A stretch of 64,000 bases of DNA, taken from an uncultured Spirosoma sp. (GTDB lineage: Bacteria > Bacteroidota > Bacteroidia > Cytophagales > Spirosomataceae). Positions 30,101-39,003 of the stretch are shown here, one piece after another. The DNA is taken from contig CAXTKE010000014.1 of assembly GCA_964244845.1 (NCBI GenBank), forward strand, positions 86,048 to 150,047. The letters are read 5' to 3'. How positions within the stretch are numbered: position 1 is the first letter of the stretch; each line of letters starts with the position of its first letter. The notes under the pieces were generated by a model. That model was given only the letters and a program-made list of their open reading frames with translations. It was not told where the DNA came from and ran no database searches. Made by a program: the position numbers and the translations under genes.

Positions 30101-30178
30101 CGACGTTGTCTGGGCGAAAGAGGTTACCGAAACAAACGTGCAGAAAAAGCCAAGCAGAGCAGACCGGCAGAAGGGCAT
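27152..30178 (-). CDS. GH3 beta-N-acetylglucosaminidase fused to a beta-lactamase-like serine hydrolase
   Basis: AMDSEWG, KHFPGHGDTGTDSH, LIFSDAMNM (GH3); ASVTK (SxxK), YSD, HSGYTG (beta-lactamase fold). Confidence 0.93.
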   Translation of the reverse strand: MPFCRSALLGFFCTFVSVTSFAQTTSPAFLQLNAQQNCWVDSVFTNMAPDDRIAQLIMVAGYSNRKPAYEDSLARLVKTNKLGGVVMFQGGPVRQARLTNRLQANSAVPLLIAMDSEWGLAMRLDSTVRYPYQMTLGAMQGAGSDSLIYQMGANLARQSRRLGVHVNFAPSVDVNNNPNNPVINFRSFGENKYEVARKAIAYMRGMQDNHLLTSIKHFPGHGDTGTDSHYDLPLISKSRAQLDSLELYPFRELIKAGAAGVMIAHLNIPALDTTRNRPSTLSPAIVTNLLKNELGFQGLIFSDAMNMKGVTKYFPSGRADELGLEAGMDVLEFTEDVPAALSLIKQAVVDGRISQASLDARCLKVLRAKAWVGLDQNKPVALENLVSDLNPVRDELLNRKFTEASLTVLKNDRVAQGRNLLPLQGLDTLRIASVAVESEKITAFQQMAGNYTHIEHFTVTSKTPDSTLAVVRDSLKNYNLILVDVHLNNIRPGAKYGLQAKTAAIVGELVATGKAIVTVFGNVYALDKLTFPMDTAQPSRNIEQARAIIMPYQLTTYTEELSAQLIFGAIGASGKLPVTVNQRFRVGDGLLVQPIGRLKYTIPEEVGIDSRFLTQQIDSLVNVGLNERAFPGCVVQMAKDGKVIFRKAYGKHTYDASLGAEPKPVQLDDLYDMASVTKVSTSTPALMRLVDEGKFNLNGKMVDYLPFLKKSNKADLLWRDVLTHQARLKAWIPFWMDTKNPDGSWKPKTFASKRSARYPIEVTDSLYEFRRYPRTIYKQIKDSPLNEKKEYVYSDLSFILYPLVVKRLTGENFEDYLKTTFYKPLGASTLTYLPRRYYSLDRIVPTEYDSLFRKTLIWGRVHDEGGAMLNGLSGHAGLFGSANDLMKVYEMYRQKGSYGGQQFISAKTIAEFTRYQFPDLGNRRGLGFDKPSFTYSGNAPRSATKASYGHSGYTGTFVWVEPDPAYNLTYVFLCNRVYPTRNNPKLGNLNTRTNIVEALYQATKRGLQ

Positions 30179-30320
30179 GAGTTAATAAATTGAGTAGTAA
30201 ACCGTCAAAAATACGAAATGTAGACTTGTAAGTGAGATGTCTGCTTTTTGAAAGATGACATCTCTGTGGACAGGCATAAAAAATCCCCGCCATTTCGGTA
30301 AATAGCGGGGGTTGGGGTGG

Positions 30321-30428
30321 TGCACCAGGTTGAAGACCGGCGATTTGCTGGATTACACCGGGCTTCAGCCCGGTGCAAATCATTATTCACTGCACCAATC
30401 ACTTGCGCCGGGTTTCAACCCGGTGTAA
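30321..30428. repeat. Three REP hairpins (CACCGGGCTTCAGCCCGGTG type)
   Basis: tgcaccaggttgaagaccggcg; acaccgggcttcagcccggtgc; gcgccgggtttcaacccggtgt. Confidence 0.75.
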
Positions 30429-30450
30429 CAAACTATTAATTACTAATCAC

Positions 30451-31116
30451 TTACTTCCTGAAGCGGCTACGGTATTCTGGACCAACGCCGAAGCCGTATC
30501 CGAGCGTTAGGGTAATGGTTGAATTGTTGACGGTCGCATTATCGTCAATGCTGATGTCGGTCAGGCCGTAGCGATAGCGGGCGTCGATCAGGAAACGCTC
30601 CCGTTCGCCTAACCCTTTGAAATTGAGTTGAAAGCCTGCTACCAGACCCAGGTCCAGCGGACGAAAATTATTGCTATTGTCGAAATCTGGTTTAGCAATG
30701 TTATTCTCTATCAGATTAGTGCGTTTTGCGTTGAGCTTCACCCCCAGCGATGGGCCAAAGAACACATTAGGCCGGAAGTTGCCTTTCAACGTTAGAAAAT
30801 AACGCAGTGCCACCGGAATTTCGAGATAGTTAACCCGCTCTTTAAAGGAAACATTCGGTTGTGAATACGTGCCGCCCATTTGCGAAAAGAGCACGTCGCC
30901 TGAGATGCCGAAATGATTCAGCGAACTGTACATTAAAAAAGCACCGGCTGTTACACCCGGTCTCAGGCTGTATCCGGGCGTACCGGCAAATGTGGATAAA
31001 TTCAAGCCAATGCGTGGTCCGGCACTGAAGCGTTGTTGGGCGAAACTGGCTGATAAACAGGTACTAACAAAGAGAAGTGAGAGGAGGGTAGTGCGTAGCG
31101 AATTTGGGCGAAACAT
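30451..31116 (-). CDS. Porin-family outer membrane beta-barrel (PorT / OMP_b-brl_2)
   Basis: GPRIGLNLS, YLEIPV, FFGPSLG, DARYRYGLTDI, TLGYGF. Confidence 0.88.
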   Translation of the reverse strand: MFRPNSLRTTLLSLLFVSTCLSASFAQQRFSAGPRIGLNLSTFAGTPGYSLRPGVTAGAFLMYSSLNHFGISGDVLFSQMGGTYSQPNVSFKERVNYLEIPVALRYFLTLKGNFRPNVFFGPSLGVKLNAKRTNLIENNIAKPDFDNSNNFRPLDLGLVAGFQLNFKGLGERERFLIDARYRYGLTDISIDDNATVNNSTITLTLGYGFGVGPEYRSRFRK

Positions 31117-31208
31117 AGGACATATACTAAGTTGATATGTCCCGTTAACGTTGGACGTTTTGCAAATGTTTTATTGACCGCGAAGAATATCCAGTAGTTT
31201 TTAGGAAG

Positions 31209-31667
31209 CTACCCCGAAAAATGAGTTGAAAACAAACCAGATTTCTGGTCTGTCAGGGCTGTTGACTGGTCATTTCCTGCGTGGGCGGGAGCTACACGCA
31301 TGGTGGTGTGCGTGGGTTGCGGCTTTGGTTTCGCCGGTCGGTTGGGCGCGAAGAAAATAAAGTAGATGGCCATCGCCAGCATGAACAGAATGGCGGCTGT
31401 AGTCGTTGCAATCCAGAGAGGCCAGAGCCGTTTGCGGCTGGCCGATGCATGAATGCGTTCGTGTAATGTGTTTCGCAGGTCGGCGAGTTGCTCGGTTGTT
31501 GGGCGCGAGGTATCCGTTGCCGCCTGCTGCATGGCTTCCAGTCCCGCCAGCGCGTCGGCATAGAATGGGTTTTCCAGCAAAAGCCGCTCCACACGATACC
31601 GCGCCGGACCGCTCAGTTTGCCGGACTGGTATGCCTGTAAGTCAGTAAATGTCAGTTGTTCGTTCAT
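31209..31667 (-). CDS. Single-TM anti-sigma factor
   Basis: LQAYQSGKLSG..RYRVERLLLENPFYADALAGL, then one TM helix; downstream of the ECF sigma. Start ATG at 31667. Confidence 0.78.
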   Translation of the reverse strand: MNEQLTFTDLQAYQSGKLSGPARYRVERLLLENPFYADALAGLEAMQQAATDTSRPTTEQLADLRNTLHERIHASASRKRLWPLWIATTTAAILFMLAMAIYFIFFAPNRPAKPKPQPTHTTMRVAPAHAGNDQSTALTDQKSGLFSTHFSG

Positions 31668-31723
31668 AGTGGTAATGCGGGTGGAAACCCACACGTAATC
31701 GCGGCAGCGGACAGAAGTCCACG

Positions 31724-32326
31724 TTACTTCTGCATACAAATTTTCAAATTCCGGCGACCATTTTGCAAATAACTTTTCACCTGTTTCAGGTCATAGCCCG
31801 TTTGGTCGGCTACTTCGGTATAGGTTTTTCGCTCCAGATAAAACAGCGTCAGGCAGGTCCGTTGCTCCATAGGCAATGTTTGTAAACAGGCTTCCATCAG
31901 CGTCAGGTCTGCTTCGAGGTCTGGCTCATCGGCGTCATCATCGGCCAGGTTCAGCGTCGGTTCGTCGTCCAGGTCGGCTCCGGTTCCGGTTACTAATTCG
32001 GCTTTCGGATGCGCCTGATTCTTACGCAGTTGCATCAGGCAGTAATTGCGGGCCACGCTGTGCAGCCAGGGACCGAACTGCTGTATGTCGTGTCGGCGCA
32101 GGTCAGTTATCAACTGCTCAAATAAACTCATTACGGCATCTTTGGCTTCTTCCTCGTCGCGCAGGTAGTTGAAACAAACGGCATAGACCAGTTCCATGTG
32201 CTGTTCGTAGAGTTCACCCAGCACGGCCAGATCGCCCGTTGCGCGGTAGGCCGCAACGTAGTCGGCCGCGTCGTTGCGGGAGCCGTCCGTAGTGGATTTG
32301 GACTTACGAAACCGTTTTAGAAACAT
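31724..32326 (-). CDS. ECF RNA polymerase sigma-70 factor
   Basis: LGELYEQH, AKDAVM, WLHSVARNYCL, KTYTEVA, VKSYLQNGRRNL. Confidence 0.93.
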   Translation of the reverse strand: MFLKRFRKSKSTTDGSRNDAADYVAAYRATGDLAVLGELYEQHMELVYAVCFNYLRDEEEAKDAVMSLFEQLITDLRRHDIQQFGPWLHSVARNYCLMQLRKNQAHPKAELVTGTGADLDDEPTLNLADDDADEPDLEADLTLMEACLQTLPMEQRTCLTLFYLERKTYTEVADQTGYDLKQVKSYLQNGRRNLKICMQK

Positions 32327-32399
32327 ACAGGAACCAACTGCTTTTATACACGATGCACGGGCGGGCTAAATTCCATATAGTAATCAACTTTTGTCATCA

Positions 32400-33449
32400 T
32401 CATTCGCTGGAATAAGTAGCCACCAGTCGATTAACTTGCCGTAGCCAGAATCGTTTGCCGTTTTTGTTCCAATGACCATCGCCGAGGTGATACCAATCCG
32501 GGTGTTGACGCAAGGTATCAATCATTGACAAGACGGGGGGCTGCAACTGCGGATGGGCTTCGATGCGCTCAATCTGATGGTTATATACACCGTAAGTTGG
32601 CTCCTGAACGGTTACCTTATTCGGTATCAAACATAGATAAACTTCATCGAAACCCATCTCCATATAGTTTCGGCGTATGGTGTTCAAGTTTGTTACCAAC
32701 GTGTCGATTCTCTGGTTTGGAATCGGGCGGAACGCGCTAAGGGCATACGCGGTGTCGACTTCGAGTTGGTAAAATAAGTGGCGTTTGTTGTGAGAAATAA
32801 TACTTCCTGGTGTGCGGCCAAAAGCATTAAGAATCAATAGTGCCTTGGTTTCTTTAAGCCAGGTGAAGGGCCAGGTATTAAAGAGCAAAAACTCCAGCCG
32901 CTGGTTAATTTCGCGGCCAAAACGAGCCAAAATCCACTTTGTTACTTCATTTTGTTTGGGCATTTGTTGTTCGGGGTTGTATTGATGTCCCGGCTCAACA
33001 AAGCCTCCTTTAATATAGATCGTCTCATAATCAGGGTAATACAACCGCTCCTGAAGCACCCGCTCGATACATTGAACGACCAGAATATTCTTTTTCGTCT
33101 TATCCAGCACGGTCTCAACACCTGAACTTCCACCTATCCAGACATGGCTATTACGGCCACCGGCGTAATAGGCGGTGTCGATATCCGTAAAGCTATCGCC
33201 AATGGTATATAAATGAACATCGCGGTATTTTTTGCGGGGTTTGTCCGTGTCGGTAAGGCTGGTGTTGACCGTGAAGTCGGTTTCCTTAAAAGCCCGAAGA
33301 TTCGTTACATTATATAAATCGCCATAAATGTACTGGTTTGGGATAAAGCCATGTCTGTCTAACCAGCGTTGTGAACGAGTCGATAACGACACCAACAGTA
33401 ATCCTCCTGATGCCATAAGAAAGCACCACTTTACTAACTTACGAAGCAT
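32400..33449 (-). CDS. AlgJ/AlgX-like SGNH-type periplasmic acyltransferase partner
   Basis: N-terminal TM; IGDSFT, LIPNK, GDGHWN (DxHW-like); follows an MBOAT gene. Confidence 0.6.
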   Translation of the reverse strand: MLRKLVKWCFLMASGGLLLVSLSTRSQRWLDRHGFIPNQYIYGDLYNVTNLRAFKETDFTVNTSLTDTDKPRKKYRDVHLYTIGDSFTDIDTAYYAGGRNSHVWIGGSSGVETVLDKTKKNILVVQCIERVLQERLYYPDYETIYIKGGFVEPGHQYNPEQQMPKQNEVTKWILARFGREINQRLEFLLFNTWPFTWLKETKALLILNAFGRTPGSIISHNKRHLFYQLEVDTAYALSAFRPIPNQRIDTLVTNLNTIRRNYMEMGFDEVYLCLIPNKVTVQEPTYGVYNHQIERIEAHPQLQPPVLSMIDTLRQHPDWYHLGDGHWNKNGKRFWLRQVNRLVATYSSE

Positions 33450-33458
33450 TCTTTTAGA

Positions 33459-34889
33459 CTAAAACTGAAAGTAGATGAATTGATTGGCCGTGAAGACGCC
33501 AAGAAAATAGCAGACTGCAATAACAATCGGGACCGTTAACCAAAACGTCTGATTGCTTGCCTTTCGGATGAAAAGGAGCCAGCGGCTTTCTGCTAATAAG
33601 CTGATTATAAGAATGATACAGAGCGTTAGCTCCATTGGCTGAATAGGTAATTGAGAAATGTCAATTTTATCCAGATGTATAATTTTGGATAAAACAAGCA
33701 GGGCATCACCTGTCGATTCGGCCCGGAAAAATACCCATGTCAGCGTAACCAGCGAAAATGTCAATAGCTGGTTCATTCGACGTCCGAAAAAACTATTCAA
33801 CTGAAGTTTTCTGGAAACGTCAGGTTCTTTCTGGCTCGGCCACGCTTGGCCCACAATTAAATAAAAGCCATGCAAAAGGCCCCAGATTATAAATTTCCAG
33901 TCAGCACCGTGCCATAGACCGCTCAGCCCAAAAACGGCCAGTGTGTTTGCGTATGTGCGGGCGGTTGACCGACGGTTGCCACCCAAAGGTATGTACACGT
34001 AATCGCGGAACCACGTCGACAGGGAGATATGCCAGCGACGCCAGAAGTCAGCGATTGACGTGGCTAAATAAGGCGTATCAAAGTTTTTCATCATTCTGAT
34101 ACCCAATACATTACCGGCTCCAATGGCTATATCGGTATACCCCGAAAAGTCGCAGTATATTTGAATGGAGTAAAATAAAGTGGCTAAGAGAAGGGTAGAG
34201 CCGCTGGCAGTGGCAACATGGCTATAGGCCGGATCGACAACCAAAGCCATCCGGTCGGCAATGACGACTTTCTTGATAAAACCGCCCCCCATCATCAACA
34301 AACCATAGCGAACCCGCGTCCAGTCGAATGGATGAAATTTCCGGAACTGGTGGAGCATAGCCTGTGGTCGCTCAATTGGCCCAGCGACTAACTGTGGATA
34401 AAACAGCACATATAGTGAATAGATACCAAGATTCTGCTCGGCAGGCTGTTTGCCTCGATATACTTCAATGGTGTAGCTAATGGATTGAAAGGTATGGAAT
34501 GATAAACCGATGGGCAACACGATGCCCGGCAGCAAATCGCCAAGCATAGGAGCCGGGTTAGCCAAGCCAATGTTGGCTAAGAGTGCTGTAATCTGGCTAT
34601 TGAAGAAGTCATAATACTTGAAAAATGACAGGATACCAATATTGGCTACTAAACTGATTATGAGCAATAACCGTCTATAACCACCCTGCGATTTTTCGAT
34701 GTAAATACCTGCGGTATAATCAACCAGAATGACGATGCCAAGAATAAGTAAATAAACGGGAATAAAGGCCATGTAGAAGTAGCAACTGGCAACCAGCAAC
34801 AACACCCATCGACCTTTTAAGGGTAAACTAAAATAAGCCAGTGTCGTGAACAGAAAGAATAAAAGGAAATGCAGCGAGTTGAAAAGCAT
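33459..34889 (-). CDS. MBOAT family O-acyltransferase (AlgI/DltB-like)
   Basis: MLFNS, LPIGLSFHTFQ, PQLVAGPIER, DFSGYTDIAIG, FWRRWHISLSTWFRDYVYIPLGG, SGLWHGA. Confidence 0.95.
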   Translation of the reverse strand: MLFNSLHFLLFFLFTTLAYFSLPLKGRWVLLLVASCYFYMAFIPVYLLILGIVILVDYTAGIYIEKSQGGYRRLLLIISLVANIGILSFFKYYDFFNSQITALLANIGLANPAPMLGDLLPGIVLPIGLSFHTFQSISYTIEVYRGKQPAEQNLGIYSLYVLFYPQLVAGPIERPQAMLHQFRKFHPFDWTRVRYGLLMMGGGFIKKVVIADRMALVVDPAYSHVATASGSTLLLATLFYSIQIYCDFSGYTDIAIGAGNVLGIRMMKNFDTPYLATSIADFWRRWHISLSTWFRDYVYIPLGGNRRSTARTYANTLAVFGLSGLWHGADWKFIIWGLLHGFYLIVGQAWPSQKEPDVSRKLQLNSFFGRRMNQLLTFSLVTLTWVFFRAESTGDALLVLSKIIHLDKIDISQLPIQPMELTLCIILIISLLAESRWLLFIRKASNQTFWLTVPIVIAVCYFLGVFTANQFIYFQF

Positions 34890-35102
34890 TTTGTGTGATA
34901 AAGCGAATGTATTAATACACTAGTAAATTGCTTTACGGTTACATGAATATCTTTAAAGATGTGCTAAATACGGAATAAAATAGACTTAGTGCAATTAAAT
35001 AGAGAGAAACCGTATTAATTAAGCGGTCCGATTTTACGAAATGAATCTTTTTTAACTTTCAGTAGCATTAGGTCGTTTGATAGTAAACCACTCAACAAGA
35101 CT

Positions 35103-35390
35103 ATGAAACGATTCCTGTTCATCGGCAGTATAATAGGTGTTTTTCTCAGCCTGAATAACGCATTCGGTCAAAGCAATCAGTCGCCCGTTATTCAGCAATC
35201 TACTTCCACAACCGACACGCGCCAGGCTCAACCGGCCCGTCCGAAGCTGAAGAAAGTAAGTCGGCAGGAGCAGCGCAGACTGGAGTCTGGACTGGACTCG
35301 ACGTTACCCAGAAATCGCAAACAGCCGCGTTTAAGGCCCGATTCGCTGCGTCGGGGTGGGGCCACACGCGTTGATAGTGTCCGACGGTAA
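35103..35390 (+). CDS. Small secreted basic low-complexity protein
   Basis: Signal peptide followed by an R/Q/S-rich disordered region. Confidence 0.65.
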   Translation: MKRFLFIGSIIGVFLSLNNAFGQSNQSPVIQQSTSTTDTRQAQPARPKLKKVSRQEQRRLESGLDSTLPRNRKQPRLRPDSLRRGGATRVDSVRR

Positions 35391-35423
35391 GTTTATTTTT
35401 ATCGAACAAAACTCAACGAAAAC

Positions 35424-35756
35424 ATGCTAATCAAAGTGCTTATTGGTGCTATGCTGGTCGCTACAACAACCGTAGCCCAGACAACCACCCAGTCAACAAA
35501 GCAGGCGAGCACGGCAGACCGCCCATCCGGCTCTACCGAATCGACAATGCGGTCTAAAGCAAAGGCGTCTAAAGAGCCAGCGCGCCCTTTACCGCAGCCG
35601 CCACTAAAGGAAAAACTGCAAAGTAAGAACACGAACAATCCTAATTATCAGCGGGAGAAAAGTGGACAGAGTGGCTCTAAACGCGAATATGCCCCACGCC
35701 GGACGGCATCGGGTGCCCGCAAAGACACGCTGATCGAGCGAAGAAAAAAACAGTAA
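35424..35756 (+). CDS. Small secreted basic low-complexity protein
   Basis: Signal peptide followed by a K/S/T/R-rich disordered region. Confidence 0.65.
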   Translation: MLIKVLIGAMLVATTTVAQTTTQSTKQASTADRPSGSTESTMRSKAKASKEPARPLPQPPLKEKLQSKNTNNPNYQREKSGQSGSKREYAPRRTASGARKDTLIERRKKQ

Positions 35757-35761
35757 AATAG

Positions 35762-35843
35762 TACGTACCCATGGGCTTCAGCCCGTGTTTTTTCAACTCA
35801 TCTACAATCTGAAAAAACACGGGCTGAAGCCCATGGGTACGTA
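35762..35843. repeat. REP doublet (REPIN) with perfect 34-bp arms, also likely a bidirectional terminator
   Basis: tacgtacccatgggcttcagcccgtgttttttca ... tgaaaaaacacgggctgaagcccatgggtacgta between convergent genes. Confidence 0.88.
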
Positions 35844-35854
35844 ACGGGTAAGTA

Positions 35855-37042
35855 TCAATCCTTTTTGCGTTCGGCTTTGCGTTTCGCGCGTTTTTCCTGC
35901 CGGGCGGCTTTTCGTTCGGCCCGTTTTTCTTTACGTTCCTCTTTTCGCTCGGCGCGTTTCTCCTTGAAATCATCTTTAAAGGTTTTCAAGGCATCTTTCA
36001 GCGTGATATTATTGTCGAATTCGCCCCGAAACGCTTCGATATAGGCGTTGCGTAGTATCCCGAAAATGGTTGGCCAGGTAAATGTCTCGATGTTATCGAC
36101 TGTACCGCTCAGGGGTATGCGGGTCGCTACCTGATCGCGCTTTTGGTTTTTCAGCACAGCCGTTCCGACTTGAGCCAGTAATTCCGTAAAGAATTTGCCC
36201 ACCGACCGACCTTCGTGTTCGTTCAGTTTAAAAATTTTCATGCCCTTCGTAAGCGGTTTGAGGTAACCGTTCAGCTTGCCGTCGAGCATGGCCATCTCAC
36301 TGTAAACACTCATGGTGCCGCGCTCAAAGTCGATGTTGGCATATTCGCGGGCAAGTGGGTTGACTTTAACTAACTGAACGTCAGTGAATTGAAGGTTATA
36401 ATCGAAATCCGGCGTCTGTTTCAGCAGGTTCATATTGGCCGAAAAATTCATCGTGCCCCCATAACCGGGTACATCGCCCGACGCGACTACAGGCGAAGGT
36501 AGTTTTTTGCCCGTATCGTCCACATTGCGGATGTTGCGAATTTCAGCCTGAAACTTTTGCAGGGATAAATCAGCGCGGGGCTGTGTGACTAAGTTGGTCA
36601 GGTCGACTTTGCCATTGATGACGGCGAATCGGTTGATGCTGATGGGCAGCATCTTTTTCAGGTAAGCCGTCCAGTCGACATCGGCCCCGGTTTGGCTACT
36701 GGCTTCGTTCTCGCTGAACGCAAAGTTGATTTCGGGTTCGTAGCACTCCACCTCACTCACTAACTTGCCCTTAAACAGCGATTTCCACTCAACGGAAAGG
36801 TCAGTTTTGGGAAGGAATAGAAACGGCTTTTTGATGTTGCCGTTAACTTTGCGGATTCGCAGATTATCGAGCTGATAGGCTCCCCGAATGAGTTGAATAT
36901 CAATGTCTTCGACGTGGCCCGTGTAATCGCCCATGTCGGCCAGCGTCTTGTTAACATACCGCAGTACAAAATAGGGAAGTAGCAGCCGGGCAATGACCAG
37001 CAGCATGACGACGGCAATCAGAATTTTAGTTGTGCGTTTCAA
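35855..37042 (-). CDS. DUF748 domain protein
   Basis: N-terminal TM; GHVEDIDIQLIRG, FAINRF-like segment, ATRIPLSG, ILRNAYIEA; basic tail; TTG start. Confidence 0.8.
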   Translation of the reverse strand: MKRTTKILIAVVMLLVIARLLLPYFVLRYVNKTLADMGDYTGHVEDIDIQLIRGAYQLDNLRIRKVNGNIKKPFLFLPKTDLSVEWKSLFKGKLVSEVECYEPEINFAFSENEASSQTGADVDWTAYLKKMLPISINRFAVINGKVDLTNLVTQPRADLSLQKFQAEIRNIRNVDDTGKKLPSPVVASGDVPGYGGTMNFSANMNLLKQTPDFDYNLQFTDVQLVKVNPLAREYANIDFERGTMSVYSEMAMLDGKLNGYLKPLTKGMKIFKLNEHEGRSVGKFFTELLAQVGTAVLKNQKRDQVATRIPLSGTVDNIETFTWPTIFGILRNAYIEAFRGEFDNNITLKDALKTFKDDFKEKRAERKEERKEKRAERKAARQEKRAKRKAERKKD

Positions 37043-37110
37043 AACGTTGATTATCTTGGTGTAACGTCTTATAAACGCAAAAACAGCACTTGGGTTTTTA
37101 GGCAGACAGC

Positions 37111-37228
37111 GGAGTGAGTGAAGTGGGTAAAGTAAGCCAAGAGTGGAGTAGGTTAAGTAGGTGAAGTGAGTACAGACCTTGCTTCACCTACTCTACTCTT
37201 GGCTTACTTCACCCACTTCACTCACTCC
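37111..37228. repeat. Periodic inverted repeat, 9-nt unit family
   Basis: ggagtgagtgaagtgggtaaagtaagccaagagtggagtagg ... cctactctactcttggcttacttcacccacttcactcactcc. Confidence 0.88.
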
Positions 37229-37229
37229 A

Positions 37230-38012
37230 CTAATTATTGCCGGGAGAAAACTTCCGACCGTCGAGTTTGGTGTATTTGAAGTCGGTGGAGCCGGTAAAAC
37301 GCGTACCGTCGAAGTTGGTGCCGCGTGGCAGTTGCGTGTATTTGAAATCGGCGGTGCTGGTAAAGCGAGCCTGACTAAAATCGACGCGCTCATCGAATTT
37401 CGTGTATTTAAAATCGGCGTAGCGTTCAAATGCTGCTTTCTGAAAAGACGACGACTCATCGAACTTCGTGTATTTGAAGTCGGCATAATCGCGGAACGAA
37501 GAGCCACTGAAATCAGCGTCGTTTCGGAATTTGGCATACTTGAACAGGGCAACATCCTGGAATGTATTGCCTGTGAAAATGGCCCGCTGGCTAAACGTCG
37601 AATATTTGAAAGCGGCATCGTCGGCAAACTGACAGGCCTCGATGGTTACAGCTTCCGTAAAATCGGTATTGTAAACCGTGTTACTGTTATTTATAAGTTT
37701 ACGTTCATCCGGCTCCTCCGAGCGATAGGCCAGAAATTTGCCTCTGAAGGTGCAGTTTTTGAACGATAGCGGCACCTCGACAACGCTTAAAAACTCATGC
37801 GCATTGCCATTCCATAATCCATCGCCCCGTTTTTCTTTCCGGTTCGCTAAATTGGTCAGGTCGAGGTCGCCGTTGATAACCGTGTTTTGGTAGGAAACGG
37901 CTTCTTTGCGGTTAATTTTGGCAATAATCTCTTTGGCATCAACGGTCGTTTGGGCCAGTGCGGGAACCAGGGCCACAAGGGCGAGCAGGAGGGAGGTAAG
38001 AATGAGTTTCAT
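37230..38012 (-). CDS. Secreted pentapeptide-repeat-like beta-helix protein
   Basis: Signal peptide; Phe every 5/6 residues and FKY recurring every 22 aa. Confidence 0.85.
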   Translation of the reverse strand: MKLILTSLLLALVALVPALAQTTVDAKEIIAKINRKEAVSYQNTVINGDLDLTNLANRKEKRGDGLWNGNAHEFLSVVEVPLSFKNCTFRGKFLAYRSEEPDERKLINNSNTVYNTDFTEAVTIEACQFADDAAFKYSTFSQRAIFTGNTFQDVALFKYAKFRNDADFSGSSFRDYADFKYTKFDESSSFQKAAFERYADFKYTKFDERVDFSQARFTSTADFKYTQLPRGTNFDGTRFTGSTDFKYTKLDGRKFSPGNN

Positions 38013-38141
38013 GAGCGATGTTTGACGTTCGTTTGCCTAAAGATGCAAACCAACCGGCCAAGGTTGCGTAAGGCCCAAAAACAAATGGGTCAGACCCGAA
38101 AATGAGCCTGACCCGTTGCGTCGCTAAACGACAGGTATCGC

Positions 38142-38819
38142 CTATTTTGTGAAATCAATCTTTGGCTGAACAACAATGGAAACCTCGGCTTTATCGCGCA
38201 TGGGTACGGCTGAATTAAAAGGGAATTTGGTGGTCGTCACATCATTTTCGACGTAAAATTCGCGCGGTCCTACGGTAACCCCTTCCGACTTCTCGTAGAG
38301 CCACGAGACCGTAAAGGGAATTTCAATGGTGCCTTTGGCCGACGCCGGGCTAGAAAAACCTGTTACGTGAGTAGTTAGCGGGTCGGACTGGAGCGCGAAG
38401 CTTACGAACGCACTGCGGACCATATAACCGGCTTTCGGTGTGAACGAAGGCGGATTTGCCCGAATCATTACGGCCCGCACGTTGTAAACGACCTGGCCCT
38501 TTGCGCCGTTGGCCGGGGCCGACTTTGCTTTGGAGAGCGGAAGCGTAAACGCTGGTTTCGCTTTTGTGGCTTGGCCAATTACGTTGCCGTTGTTATCGTA
38601 AAAGACCAGTTTGAGCAGGGCAAACTCGCAGGGAAACGGGCGCATCTGGCCGTTGTTTAGTTTACAGGGAGCCAGCTTGATTGGCGGAAACTTGCCGTTC
38701 GTGACAATTAAGGTCGGGTTTTTAGGCGTCGTTACGACGGGAGGAGCCGCCGGGTTTGGTTTTTGGGCCTGAGCCATCAGGCTCCAGCATAGAAGAATGA
38801 ACAGATGGAATGCTTTCAC
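38142..38819 (-). CDS. Hypothetical secreted protein
   Basis: GTG start, signal peptide, Pro-rich beta-type sequence; no family recognised. Confidence 0.7.
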   Translation of the reverse strand: MKAFHLFILLCWSLMAQAQKPNPAAPPVVTTPKNPTLIVTNGKFPPIKLAPCKLNNGQMRPFPCEFALLKLVFYDNNGNVIGQATKAKPAFTLPLSKAKSAPANGAKGQVVYNVRAVMIRANPPSFTPKAGYMVRSAFVSFALQSDPLTTHVTGFSSPASAKGTIEIPFTVSWLYEKSEGVTVGPREFYVENDVTTTKFPFNSAVPMRDKAEVSIVVQPKIDFTK

Positions 38820-38947
38820 GTTTTTTTGATTTGGTTTTTGAGGAGGTTAAGCCGTAAAATAGCCGGTTTGCTCAGAATGTATGCATGAACAATTGAGTAA
38901 TCGGTCAACAAATCAGTTAGTCGTGATGATCAGACTGTCCGTAAACA

Positions 38948-38980
38948 AACCGGCCGGACTTTATAAAGCCCGGCCGGTTT
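38948..38980 (-). terminator. Probable terminator of the recombination-module operon
   Basis: aaaccggccgg...ccggccggttt hairpin just downstream of the 39004 ORF. Confidence 0.6.
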
Positions 38981-39003
38981 ACTGGTAATTATAGTTGAAG
39001 GAC

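Noticed and set aside
31117-31667. Anti-sigma and downstream porin as a split fusion gene
   Set aside because: The porin has its own start and signal peptide, and the 92-nt gap shows no coding remnant.
37179-37769. 196-aa repetitive antisense ORF over the pentapeptide gene
   Set aside because: Its periodicity mirrors the sense repeats, its start lies inside an intergenic palindrome, and it has no independent motif.
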